Program-made: the position numbers and the translations under genes
The notes under the pieces: generated by a model
Told to the model about the DNA's origin: nothing
The model's database searches: none
The model's input: only the letters and a program-made list of their open reading frames with translations
Assembly: GCA_039030295.1 (NCBI GenBank)
Contig: JBCCEK010000004.1
Location: 1-62,392 of the forward strand
Length of the DNA stretch: 62,392 nt
Direction of reading: 5' to 3'
Source: Myxococcota bacterium
GTDB taxonomy: Bacteria > Myxococcota_A > Polyangia > Polyangiales > Houyiibacteriaceae
Shown here: one piece after another, positions 51,560 through 60,657 of the stretch
Layout: each line of letters opens with the position of its first letter
How positions within the stretch are numbered: the stretch's first letter is position 1

Positions 51560-52408
51560 TCACCCAGCCGGCGGGCGTTCGAAGATCCCGGCGAGTTGCC
51601 TCGACCGCGCGACGAACTGGCCGTCCGGGGCCCACAGTGATGCATCGAAGCTGGTGTAGCCGTCACTCACGAAAGAACTCTCGGCGCGAAAATACCACCA
51701 CTCGTCAAGTCGGCAGTCGGGGCGCGCCGTGAGCAGGTCCACGTTCCAAGTGATTGAGCTTCCAGGCACGGGCACGCGGAGCATCGTGAGTGCGGGTGAA
51801 GGCCACGCATCGATGAGGCCAAACATCGCTGCGTCGTCGACCGGCAGTGCGTCTTCCCGAAAACGAAACCAGCCTGCGATCGATGAAGACTCACTGCCGG
51901 AGAATGGATGGTTCCCTTCCGTGTAACGCGTCTCGAGCCATTGGGTGAAAGGCGGCATCAACCCGTCGATGTAGGGCAAGGAGCCGATGGACTCGACAGG
52001 AGTCGTCTCAGGACGCGGCGGGCCGGACACCGGTACGCTCGAATGTCGCGCGCGTGCGTAGGTGGTCGTGGCGAGCGCGCGGGTGGTGCCCTCCTGGATG
52101 AGCTTGGCCACCACGAAGCTTGCAGACTTGCCCTCTCGAATCACCTCCGTCTCGCACTCGAGGGCCCCTGCGACCACCGGACCGACGAACGTGATCGATG
52201 CCGAGCGGAGCTCGCGGTCATCCGGGACATGGTGTCGGGAGACCCGGACCATCCCTGCGCCGACCACCCCGCCGAAGACGGCTCGGCCTTGGCCCCAGGA
52301 GCCGTCGACATGTCCTGCGAACCGGTTCGAGTCGACGGGCGCCCAAGTGGTCGCTTCGAGAAATGACTGACGGGGCTGGGTCTTCCTGGCGGGCTCGGAT
52401 GACGACAT
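51560..52408 (-). CDS. double hot-dog thioesterase family protein (TesB-like)
   Basis: ORF trimmed to ATG 52408. GRAVFGGVVGAGM.. N-terminal half and a second hot-dog half ending ..LWAPDGQFVARSRQL. Confidence 0.72.
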   Translation of the reverse strand: MSSSEPARKTQPRQSFLEATTWAPVDSNRFAGHVDGSWGQGRAVFGGVVGAGMVRVSRHHVPDDRELRSASITFVGPVVAGALECETEVIREGKSASFVVAKLIQEGTTRALATTTYARARHSSVPVSGPPRPETTPVESIGSLPYIDGLMPPFTQWLETRYTEGNHPFSGSESSSIAGWFRFREDALPVDDAAMFGLIDAWPSPALTMLRVPVPGSSITWNVDLLTARPDCRLDEWWYFRAESSFVSDGYTSFDASLWAPDGQFVARSRQLAGIFERPPAG

Positions 52409-52563
52409 GAAGCTCTTTCTAGCGCCGCGCGTCGGCTCGTCACCGTGCAAAACCGCAGCCAAGCCCCTTTGTCGACGCGGGGTCGCTCGAGCGAGCCGGA
52501 GCGCGGCCCGCGATCGCCAGGGGCGCTTGCCCCGCGCACCGTTCCCTCCCACACCAGACCCCT

Positions 52564-55176
52564 ATGCCGGACAACGAGCACGCGCGGATCTACCGCCTCG
52601 ACTACGCCCCCCCAACCTTTTCGATCGACACCGTGGACCTGACGTTCTTACTGGACGAGACCCGAACGTCGGTGCGCGCGACGCTCGAGATCAGAAGACG
52701 CGAGGACGCCCCCGCCGACGCCACCGACCTGGTCCTCGACGGCGACGAGCTGGAGTTGACATCGATCGCGCTCGACGGCGCCGCCCTCGACGCTGCACGT
52801 TACGAGGCGACCCCGGAACGCCTCCTGGTCCGAGACGTGCCCGACCGTTTCAAGCTCGAAACTGAGGTCGCCATTCGGCCGAGCGCCAACACCAAGCTGA
52901 TGGGGCTCTTCATGTCAGGCGGCTCGTTCTGCACGCAGTGCGAAGCCGAAGGGTTCCGCCGCATCACCTACTTCTTGGACCGACCCGACGTCATGGCGCG
53001 GTTCACGACCCGTATCGAAGCCGACCGCGCGCGCTTTCCGGTCTTGCTCTCAAACGGAAACCGCGTGGACGGAGGCGAGCTCCCTGACAACCGGCACTGG
53101 GTCACCTGGGAGGATCCATTCGCGAAACCGAGCTACCTCTTCGCGCTCGTGGCGGGCGAACTGTCGTGTCACCGGGGTTCCTACACGACCCGATCGGGTC
53201 GCGACGTGGCGCTCGAGATCTGGGTCGAGCCGCAGAACGCAGACAAATGCGAGCACGCGATGAACTCGCTCCGCGCGGCCATGAAATGGGACGAAGACAC
53301 CTACGGCCTGGAGTACGACCTCGACATCTACATGATCGTCGCCGTCGACGACTTCAACATGGGCGCGATGGAGAACAAGGGCCTCAACGTCTTCAACTCC
53401 ATGTACGTACTCGCCAAACCCACAACCGCCACGGATGACGACTACGAGGGCATCGAAGGCGTCGTCGCGCACGAGTACTTTCACAACTGGACCGGGAATC
53501 GTGTGACCTGTCGCGATTGGTTTCAGCTGACGCTCAAAGAGGGACTGACGGTCTACCGCGACCAGGAGTTCTCCGCGGACATGACGTCCCGACCCGTCCA
53601 GCGCATCAAGGACGTCAATCGACTTCGATCGGCCCAGTTCGCGGAAGACGCAGGTCCACTCGCGCATCCGATCCGACCGGAGTCGTACATCGAGATGAAC
53701 AACTTCTACACCGCGACGGTCTACGAAAAGGGCGCCGAGGTCGTCCGCCTGTATGAGACCTTCCTCGGAAAGGCCGGGTTCCGACAAGGGCTCCGCAACT
53801 ACCTGAGCAAGCACGATGGGTCCGCGGTCACCTGTGATGATTTTCGGATCGCGATGGGTGAGGCGAACGACACCGACTTCACGGATCTCGAACGGTGGTA
53901 CTCCCAGGCGGGCACGCCCGTGGTTCGCGGGCAGGGAACCTGGAACGAGGTCGACCGCCGCTACACGCTCGCCCTGTCGCAGTCGCAGCGCGCGGCCGGT
54001 CAGGAATCCACGCCCGAGCCCCTTCCCATCCCCATCCGCGTGGGCCTCCTGGGAACCAGCGGCGACGAGCTTCCGGGCACCGCCCAAACGCTCGTGCTCC
54101 GCGATCGCGAGGCCTCCTTCGCCTTCGAAGACGTCCAGGAGCGACCGGTGCTGTCGATCGGCCGAGGCTTCTCGGCACCGATCAAGCTCGAAGTCGAGCG
54201 GACCCATGAGGAGCTCGCTTTTTTGCTCGCAAACGACACCGACGCGTTCAGCCGCTGGGAAGCCGGGCAAGTGTTGGGAGAGAGGGTCCTGCTCGATCTC
54301 GTCGGCAGAGTCGGGGGCGAAGAGCCGCTCGCGCTCGATCCAAGTCTCACCGACGCCTTCGCGGCAGTCCTCGACGACGACGCGCTCGACGGTTCCATCA
54401 AGAGCCTGACGGTGACCCTTCCGTCCGAAGAAAGGCTCGCGCAAGCGATCGACTCGGTCGACCCGGAGGCCGTCCACCGGGCCCGACGCTTCGCCGTGCG
54501 TGCCCTGGCGGCGGCCCTCCAGGACAAGTGGATGCAGTTGTACCAACGGCACTCGCAAGGGCACGACACGATCGACAAGCCCGAAGTCGACCGACGGCGA
54601 CTCAAGAACCGAGCGCTTCGGTACTTGGCCGCGCTCGAGACGAACGAGACGACCGCGCTCGCCAAGCAGCAGTTCGATGCGGCAACCACGATGACGGAGT
54701 ACGAAGGCGCGTTCGCCGCCTTGCTCGACACGCCAACGCCCGAAGCGGACGACGCGATCGCAGCGTTCTACGCGCGCTGGAAAGGGGAACGGCTGGTCTT
54801 GGACAAGTGGTTTCGGATGCAGGCCATGTCGACCGCCGCGGGCTCGTTCGAACGAGTGATCGCACTGGCCGAGCACCCAGACTTCAACCTCACCAATCCG
54901 AACCGTGTGCGGTCCCTTGTATACGCATTCGCAGCGGGGAACCCCATTGGCTTTCACCGCCTCGATGGCGCGGGCTACGAGTTCGTGGCGGACCACGTCC
55001 TTCGCCTGGACGGGATCAACCCCCAGGTGGCGTCGCGCATCGTGTCGAGCTTCAACCAGTGGAAGCGTTACGACCCACCGAGGCAGGAACTGATGCGGGC
55101 CACGCTCGAACGCATCTCGAAAGAGCCGACGTTGTCGAAAGACGTCGCCGAGATCGTAGGCCAGGCACTCCGCTGA
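52564..55176 (+). CDS. pepN: aminopeptidase N (M1 family)
   Basis: GAMENKGLNVF, HEYFHNWTGNRVT (HExxH), LKEGLTVYRD; 870 aa. Confidence 0.96.
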   Translation: MPDNEHARIYRLDYAPPTFSIDTVDLTFLLDETRTSVRATLEIRRREDAPADATDLVLDGDELELTSIALDGAALDAARYEATPERLLVRDVPDRFKLETEVAIRPSANTKLMGLFMSGGSFCTQCEAEGFRRITYFLDRPDVMARFTTRIEADRARFPVLLSNGNRVDGGELPDNRHWVTWEDPFAKPSYLFALVAGELSCHRGSYTTRSGRDVALEIWVEPQNADKCEHAMNSLRAAMKWDEDTYGLEYDLDIYMIVAVDDFNMGAMENKGLNVFNSMYVLAKPTTATDDDYEGIEGVVAHEYFHNWTGNRVTCRDWFQLTLKEGLTVYRDQEFSADMTSRPVQRIKDVNRLRSAQFAEDAGPLAHPIRPESYIEMNNFYTATVYEKGAEVVRLYETFLGKAGFRQGLRNYLSKHDGSAVTCDDFRIAMGEANDTDFTDLERWYSQAGTPVVRGQGTWNEVDRRYTLALSQSQRAAGQESTPEPLPIPIRVGLLGTSGDELPGTAQTLVLRDREASFAFEDVQERPVLSIGRGFSAPIKLEVERTHEELAFLLANDTDAFSRWEAGQVLGERVLLDLVGRVGGEEPLALDPSLTDAFAAVLDDDALDGSIKSLTVTLPSEERLAQAIDSVDPEAVHRARRFAVRALAAALQDKWMQLYQRHSQGHDTIDKPEVDRRRLKNRALRYLAALETNETTALAKQQFDAATTMTEYEGAFAALLDTPTPEADDAIAAFYARWKGERLVLDKWFRMQAMSTAAGSFERVIALAEHPDFNLTNPNRVRSLVYAFAAGNPIGFHRLDGAGYEFVADHVLRLDGINPQVASRIVSSFNQWKRYDPPRQELMRATLERISKEPTLSKDVAEIVGQALR

Positions 55177-55179
55177 CGC

Positions 55180-56175
55180 CTAGGGCTTGCCCAGGATCTC
55201 CTGCACACGCGTGAGTAGCGCGCGCGAATACAGACGACCGACGAGGGACTCGCGAGCCTCGAGATTGGCCGCCTCCCAAGCCTGCTGGTAGCGCCAAAGA
55301 TTGACACCCTTGAGCCGCTTCGTGAGCGCCTTGTACGCCTCTTCATCGAGCTTGCGCCCCGCCTGCCGAAACTCAGAAGCAGAATCGCGCGCGCTCTGCA
55401 CGATGTAGTCGCGTGCCGCTTGCGGCAGCGCAGCCAGTTTGTCGGAGCGGATCACGTACGCCCCGACGACGATGCCGCCCGCCTGCTTGCTCATCGTCTT
55501 GAGGCGTGTGAACCACTGAAACCCGAGGACGCCGATCGAAGAAGCGATCACGGTGTCGATCATACCGGTCTGCAACGCGCCATACACCTCAGGCAGCGCA
55601 AGGCTGACCCCGTTCGCGCCGGCGGCCTCGATGAATGCGCGCATCGTCGGCGACCCACGCCACACCCAAGGACGGACGCGCTTCAGGTCCGAGGGTTGCT
55701 GAACCTTTTGTTGCGAGAAGATTCGAATGCGACCCGAGTCACCCCATGTGATGAGCTCGTAGCCGGCCTTGCGAAAAAGCTCACCGAACTCGGGGGCGAG
55801 CGCATCTCGCACTTCATCGAGCTCGGGGTAGCTGCCGATCAACCCGGGCGCCTGCAGCACCAAAACCTGCCGGACCAGTGCACCAAGCCCATGCGAGGTG
55901 AGTAAGGCACCGTCGAGCTGACCGGCTCGCATCTTTCGCACGACCGTCAGCTCATCCCCCGCGACACCGCCGAAGTACATCTTGAGCTCGACCTGCCCCT
56001 CGGTTCGCTTGCGCAGCTCTTCCCCGAGGTAGCGGAACGCTTGCCCAAGACCCGAGTCTCGGGGCGCCAGGGTTGCCAATCGCAACGATTGGACTTCGTC
56101 GGCGCGCGCCTCCGCGTTGAGTACGTCTCCGCTCGCCAGCAGCCCAAGGAGTGCAAGAACAACGACGTTTCGCAT
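55180..56175 (-). CDS. TRAP-transporter solute-binding protein (DctP family)
   Basis: Signal MRNVVVLALLGLLASG. LRLATLAPRDSGLGQAFRYLGEELRKRTEGQVELKMYFGGVAGDE fits the family pattern. Confidence 0.82.
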   Translation of the reverse strand: MRNVVVLALLGLLASGDVLNAEARADEVQSLRLATLAPRDSGLGQAFRYLGEELRKRTEGQVELKMYFGGVAGDELTVVRKMRAGQLDGALLTSHGLGALVRQVLVLQAPGLIGSYPELDEVRDALAPEFGELFRKAGYELITWGDSGRIRIFSQQKVQQPSDLKRVRPWVWRGSPTMRAFIEAAGANGVSLALPEVYGALQTGMIDTVIASSIGVLGFQWFTRLKTMSKQAGGIVVGAYVIRSDKLAALPQAARDYIVQSARDSASEFRQAGRKLDEEAYKALTKRLKGVNLWRYQQAWEAANLEARESLVGRLYSRALLTRVQEILGKP

Positions 56176-56285
56176 CGATAGGATAAACCACAGGGTCGGG
56201 TCAGGTTCAAGATCCCTCAGGGCGGCCGATTCTCCCCTACGCGCCCCGGCCTACCTGGGATATCCTTTGTGAAGGGGAGGTTCGA

Positions 56286-56717
56286 ATGAGTCCTGATGAA
56301 CACGTTGCTTACGCGGTCGCTGCTTGGGCCCGCTTCCATGCGGAGGTCTCAGACGACCTGCTGCGCGCACTCTCCGGGGCGTTTGCCCTCGTGGCCGCAG
56401 CCGATGGCGAGTTGGCGACGTCCGAGGTGGAAGCATTCGTGACCCTTTTGCGGAACCAGCAGTCCGTGTTCTCGAACCTCGACTTCGACGCGCTTGAAAC
56501 GAGCTTCCGAGAGTTGACCGATGCACTTATCGCCAACCCGGAGGACGGGCGCCTTCGTGCCCTCGACTGCGTCGCAGGTGTTCGAGGCGACGCGACGAAG
56601 AGCGAACTCGTGCGGAGCGCCGCAGCCATTGCGCTCGCTGCAGACGGTCGCGCCCGGGCGCCCGAAGAGGCGGCTGTCCGAGAGATCACGCGCGTGCTCG
56701 GCCTCGAGAACCTGTGA
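56286..56717 (+). CDS. TerB-like tellurite-resistance-domain protein
   Basis: GGAGG RBS. LSGAFALVAAADGELATSEVEAFVTLL.. repeated as ..AAAIALAADGRARAPEEAAVREI. Confidence 0.65.
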   Translation: MSPDEHVAYAVAAWARFHAEVSDDLLRALSGAFALVAAADGELATSEVEAFVTLLRNQQSVFSNLDFDALETSFRELTDALIANPEDGRLRALDCVAGVRGDATKSELVRSAAAIALAADGRARAPEEAAVREITRVLGLENL

Positions 56718-56734
56718 GTGCGGCGGAGCGACGC

Positions 56735-57385
56735 TCAATCGCAGTAGGCGTCGTAGTGCGGAACCGACGGGGAGCGCTGGGCAAGCTCGGCCCACTCTTC
56801 CACCGCGGGATGGGCCCACATGTGTGAAGCCCATGCTTGAACGGGTTCCGGCAAGGCAACCCCATAGGTTCGAAAGCGGCTGAGCACCGGCATGTACATG
56901 CAGTCAGCGATGCCAAACCCACCGAAGAGGAACGCGCCTGGCGATGTCGTCAGCGAGGCGTTCCAAATGTCGAAGATGCGATCGATCTCGCGCTGAGTGT
57001 CGGCACTTGGTTCGAATGCCGAAGCGCGGCCCCGGCAGTTCATCGGCATCTCGCCCCTGACGTTCAGGAAACCCGCGCTCATCTCGGCACTGATGGCGCG
57101 GGCGCGTGCCCGGAGCTGGATGTCGTCCGGCCACAACCCGGCCGCCGGATATCGTTCGGCGACGTACTCGCAGATCGCAAGCGACTCGTGGATGCTCAAC
57201 TGATCGTCGACCAGAATCGGGACCTTTCCCGCACCAGAGAATCGCAGGATCTGCTCTCGGTAGTCGGGCTCTACGAACAAGGCGATCTCATGCGTCTTGA
57301 AGTCGGCCCCGGCATGCTTGAGCGCGAGCCAAGGTCTGAGTGACCACGAAGAGTAGTTCAACGGGCCTACGACGAGCCTCATCAT
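56735..57385 (-). CDS. glutathione S-transferase family protein
   Basis: 216 aa. N-terminal thioredoxin-like SSWSLRPWLALKHAG..VPILVD..ESLAICEY and a helical C-terminal domain. Confidence 0.85.
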   Translation of the reverse strand: MMRLVVGPLNYSSWSLRPWLALKHAGADFKTHEIALFVEPDYREQILRFSGAGKVPILVDDQLSIHESLAICEYVAERYPAAGLWPDDIQLRARARAISAEMSAGFLNVRGEMPMNCRGRASAFEPSADTQREIDRIFDIWNASLTTSPGAFLFGGFGIADCMYMPVLSRFRTYGVALPEPVQAWASHMWAHPAVEEWAELAQRSPSVPHYDAYCD

Positions 57386-57472
57386 CGGCGGTGGCCTACC
57401 ACAGCAGGTCGTGGGCCGCGACCACCAAGCCCACCCGCGAACGCGTTGCGTGGTGGGTGCTAAGGTCTACCG

Positions 57473-57841
57473 ATGCGATGGATCTGGATTGCGTTGGGCT
57501 GTCTGGTCGGTTGCGGGAGCAGTGGTGCGCCTGAGGTCGGGGTCGATGCTGGCGCCGGCGGCGTCGGTGGGGAGCCCGTGCGGGCGGCGCCAGAAGACTC
57601 ATGCGAGGCGTTCTGCGGAACGAGTTGTCCGAGTGTGTTCGGGATCAGCCTGAGTATCTTCAACTTCAGTGACTGCGTGATCCAGTGCCGGGAGACGCAA
57701 CTCGGAAACGATGGCTGCGGCGACGTCGCCCAGGCGTTCATCGAGTGCCTCGAGGAGGCAGGGTGCAGCGAGTCGCGCGCCGCCGCCGAATGCGACAGTG
57801 AGGAAGCGGTGCTCACCGAATGCAACGTCGAGAGCCGGTAG
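57473..57841 (+). CDS. 122-aa cysteine-rich lipoprotein (hypothetical)
   Basis: Lipobox MRWIWIALGCLVGC. The mature part holds 11 Cys including the lipid-modified one. No family recognised. Confidence 0.5.
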   Translation: MRWIWIALGCLVGCGSSGAPEVGVDAGAGGVGGEPVRAAPEDSCEAFCGTSCPSVFGISLSIFNFSDCVIQCRETQLGNDGCGDVAQAFIECLEEAGCSESRAAAECDSEEAVLTECNVESR

Positions 57842-58031
57842 ACGGAGTCGACCTGGCTAGAAACACCCTTCTGGAGAAAGCGACAGCTGCTCGGTCGTGC
57901 CGTCCTCCGTGGTGCAAGTACAGGAGAATGGTTGATTGGATGTTTGGCACGAATCCGACGCGCTTGCCTCGTGTCATCTTTGTGATCGCGCATTGTTCAG
58001 CGTTCCGGTACAAAGATGCGCACTGTTGGCC

Positions 58032-59288
58032 ATGCCGAAGCTCTATGGATGGACGCCCCCGACCCGACCGGCGTGGGTCGAGCACCTCAACGCGATGGGA
58101 GAGGCACTGGGCGACGCGGACGCCCTCATCCCGATCCACGCCGAAGAGATGATCGCCTCGGCATGTGCGAGTACTGGGTTGTCTGACTTCGGTCCGCCCT
58201 CGTGGCGCGCGCACTACGACGTGCTGGTGAAGTCGATCCAGACCGAAGCCCGGCTCACGCCAGCGGGGCGATTGCTCACGCGCTCCGAGCTGATGCGCAG
58301 CCTGCGAAACCGCCTCTTCGTCGAAGAGTATCTGGGAACGCACCCCGAGGCTCTCGAGACCCCGGTCACGGCGCCGATCGTCGTTTGCGGTTACGGCCGA
58401 AGTGGGACGTCGATTACGCATGAGCTCCTCGCGCTCGACCCCGCGCTGCGTGCGCCGATGGCCTGGGAGCTCTTCAACGTGTCGCCCTTGCAAGACGCGG
58501 TGGGCGCGCGCCGGCAGGATCGGATCCGATATGCCAATGGCGAGCAGCTCTATTACGAGGACGTCGTTCCAGAGTTCAAGACCATGCACGAGAACGGCGC
58601 CGAGCTGCCGGTCGAATGCTTGATGTTCCAGATGCACGAGTTCTTGAGCGCGCAGTACTTTGGGACCCTGGACGTCCCCAGCTACATGATGCACACGATG
58701 GCGGCTGATCGAACCTCCGCCTACGAGTACGAGTACCGAATGCTGCAGGTGATGCAGCACCAACGGCCCGGCACTCGCTGGGTACTCAAGGGGCCGACCC
58801 ATCAGGAGAGGCTCGAGGTCCTGTTCTCCGTCTTTCCAGACGCATCGGTGGTCCATCTCCACCGCGACCCGCGCAAAATGATCCCGTCGAGCTACTCGTT
58901 GATGGGTACTCTACGGTTCATGCGAAGCGATCACGTGGATCTCTCGGCGCTCGAGTTCATGCCGATGAGCATGCAGATGACGTTCGACAAAGGGATGCAG
59001 CAAAGGGCCGACGGGACCGTGCCAACGAAACAGATCTGCGACTTGCTCTACGCGGACCTGGTCCGGGACCCGGCCGAAGCACTCAGCCGCTGCTACGCGA
59101 AGCTCGCCCTTCCCTTCTCAAACGAGCGGGCCGGGGCGATCACCCGGTACCTCGAGGAGAAGCCCAAGGGCAAGCACGGGGCTCACGAGTACACGCCCGA
59201 GGAGTTCGGGCTCGACGGCGGGGCTCTCGGCGCGATGTTCTCCCGCTATCAGGCGCACTATGGGGTTCCAGACGAGGTCACATCGTGA
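58032..59288 (+). CDS. sulfotransferase family protein
   Basis: ORF 57936..59288 trimmed to ATG 58032. PAPS 5'-phosphosulfate loop CGYGRSGTSITHELL and 3'-phosphate motif LHRDPRKMIPSSYS. Confidence 0.8.
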   Translation: MPKLYGWTPPTRPAWVEHLNAMGEALGDADALIPIHAEEMIASACASTGLSDFGPPSWRAHYDVLVKSIQTEARLTPAGRLLTRSELMRSLRNRLFVEEYLGTHPEALETPVTAPIVVCGYGRSGTSITHELLALDPALRAPMAWELFNVSPLQDAVGARRQDRIRYANGEQLYYEDVVPEFKTMHENGAELPVECLMFQMHEFLSAQYFGTLDVPSYMMHTMAADRTSAYEYEYRMLQVMQHQRPGTRWVLKGPTHQERLEVLFSVFPDASVVHLHRDPRKMIPSSYSLMGTLRFMRSDHVDLSALEFMPMSMQMTFDKGMQQRADGTVPTKQICDLLYADLVRDPAEALSRCYAKLALPFSNERAGAITRYLEEKPKGKHGAHEYTPEEFGLDGGALGAMFSRYQAHYGVPDEVTS

Positions 59289-60481
59289 CGGACGACGATT
59301 GCGACGACAAAGGCGCCGTGACCCTTGCCACCGAGTGGGCGGCGTTTTGCGAGCGAATGAAGGCGCTCGGTCAACGCATGATGTCGGAGGACTTTCCTCA
59401 AGACCCCGAGGACCAGGCCGAAGGTATTCGGCACCTGTCGCGGATGGTGACCCTCGGGCTCAACCTCTTCGTCGAATATGACGACCCCGAGTTTCCGAGG
59501 TTCCTGCGGCACAACGACGACATCAGCCAGTGGGGTGGAAACAACCCCGACAACACCTATCTGTACGCGCGGATCGACGCCAGAAGCACATACCGGCTCT
59601 ACGGCAACGCGAGCACAACTTCGGGCTTCATCATTTCGCTCCGCGACGGGTTCATGCACGAAGGCGACGAGGGCGTCGCCGACTTGTCGTCAGACGACAT
59701 CACCACCGACGCCGATGGCAACTTCGAAGTCATCCTGAGCGCCGAAGAGCATCCCAACAACTGGATGCCGATGCTGCCGAACGCGACACAGGTGGGGATC
59801 CGCACGTACTTCGATGATTGGGCCACGCAAACGCCACCGGTCTTTCACATCGTCAAGGTCGGCCACGAAGGAAGATCACCCGCGAGACTTGATGCAGGCA
59901 CGCTCGCACGTAGCTTCGACCGCGCCGCACAATGGATCGAGTCCAACCTCGTCTATTGGAACGACTGGCTGAAGCTGCGCCTCCCGTTCCTGCCGGTCAA
60001 CGCGATCTCGCCCCCGATGAAAGTGGCGGGCGGCTCGAACGAAGTGATCACCTACGCGGGAGGCCGACTCGAACTGGAACAGAACGACGCGCTGGTACTG
60101 ACGGTCGAGCCGATTCGAGCCGACTACATCGGCCTCGTTTACTACACGCAGGCATGGTTCGAGACCGGCGACCTGGCGAACCGGACGACGAGCCTCAACC
60201 AAGGGCAGCTGCACATCGATGGGGACGGTAGGATCCGGATCGTCGTTTCTCCGACCGACCCACGCCACACGAACTGGCTCGACACGGAGGGCCGAGGCCA
60301 TGGCCTTCTGGTCATGCGGACCCTCAACGGAGACGCACTGCCGACGGTGTCGGCAGCGTGTTTCAAGCATTCAGAGCTTCGAACGGCGCTCCCAGCCGAC
60401 ACAGTATGGATCTCGCCAGCGGCGCGACGCGACCAGGTGATCCGGCGCCGCGAACACATCGAGAGCCGCTTCCACCGGTGA
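59285..60481 (+). CDS. hypothetical protein (possibly DUF1214-like)
   Basis: The GTG start overlaps the sulfotransferase stop (GTGA). 398 aa with no signal peptide. The segment GGNNPDNTYLYARID resembles DUF1214-type proteins, but this is from memory only. Confidence 0.55.
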   Translation: MTDDDCDDKGAVTLATEWAAFCERMKALGQRMMSEDFPQDPEDQAEGIRHLSRMVTLGLNLFVEYDDPEFPRFLRHNDDISQWGGNNPDNTYLYARIDARSTYRLYGNASTTSGFIISLRDGFMHEGDEGVADLSSDDITTDADGNFEVILSAEEHPNNWMPMLPNATQVGIRTYFDDWATQTPPVFHIVKVGHEGRSPARLDAGTLARSFDRAAQWIESNLVYWNDWLKLRLPFLPVNAISPPMKVAGGSNEVITYAGGRLELEQNDALVLTVEPIRADYIGLVYYTQAWFETGDLANRTTSLNQGQLHIDGDGRIRIVVSPTDPRHTNWLDTEGRGHGLLVMRTLNGDALPTVSAACFKHSELRTALPADTVWISPAARRDQVIRRREHIESRFHR

Positions 60482-60657
60482 GGCCTAGAACCCAAACGGG
60501 AAAGAGCGATTCGTCCTTTGGGATGCATTCACGATCCCGATCGTGACGACGCACGTGAGGTCGCTCACCCGGATGATCTCTACCCTGGGATCGCGTTGCT
60601 GCGACTGTTATCGTCGTAGACGCGGTGCCTGAGGGCCCGCTCCCCCCCTCTCCTCGA

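Noticed and set aside
53050-54996. 648-aa minus-strand ORF
   Set aside because: It lies antisense to pepN, which has an unambiguous GAMEN/HExxH signature. It has no motifs of its own.
56204-56216. GGTTCAAGATCCC resembling a tRNA T-arm
   Set aside because: No acceptor-stem, D-arm or anticodon-arm pairing can be drawn in the flanking sequence. It lies in the short promoter region between the dctP-like and terB-like genes.
57945-57967. TGGCAC ... TTGC resembling a sigma-54 promoter upstream of the sulfotransferase
   Set aside because: The distance between the GG and GC elements is far larger than the fixed spacing of -24/-12 promoters.
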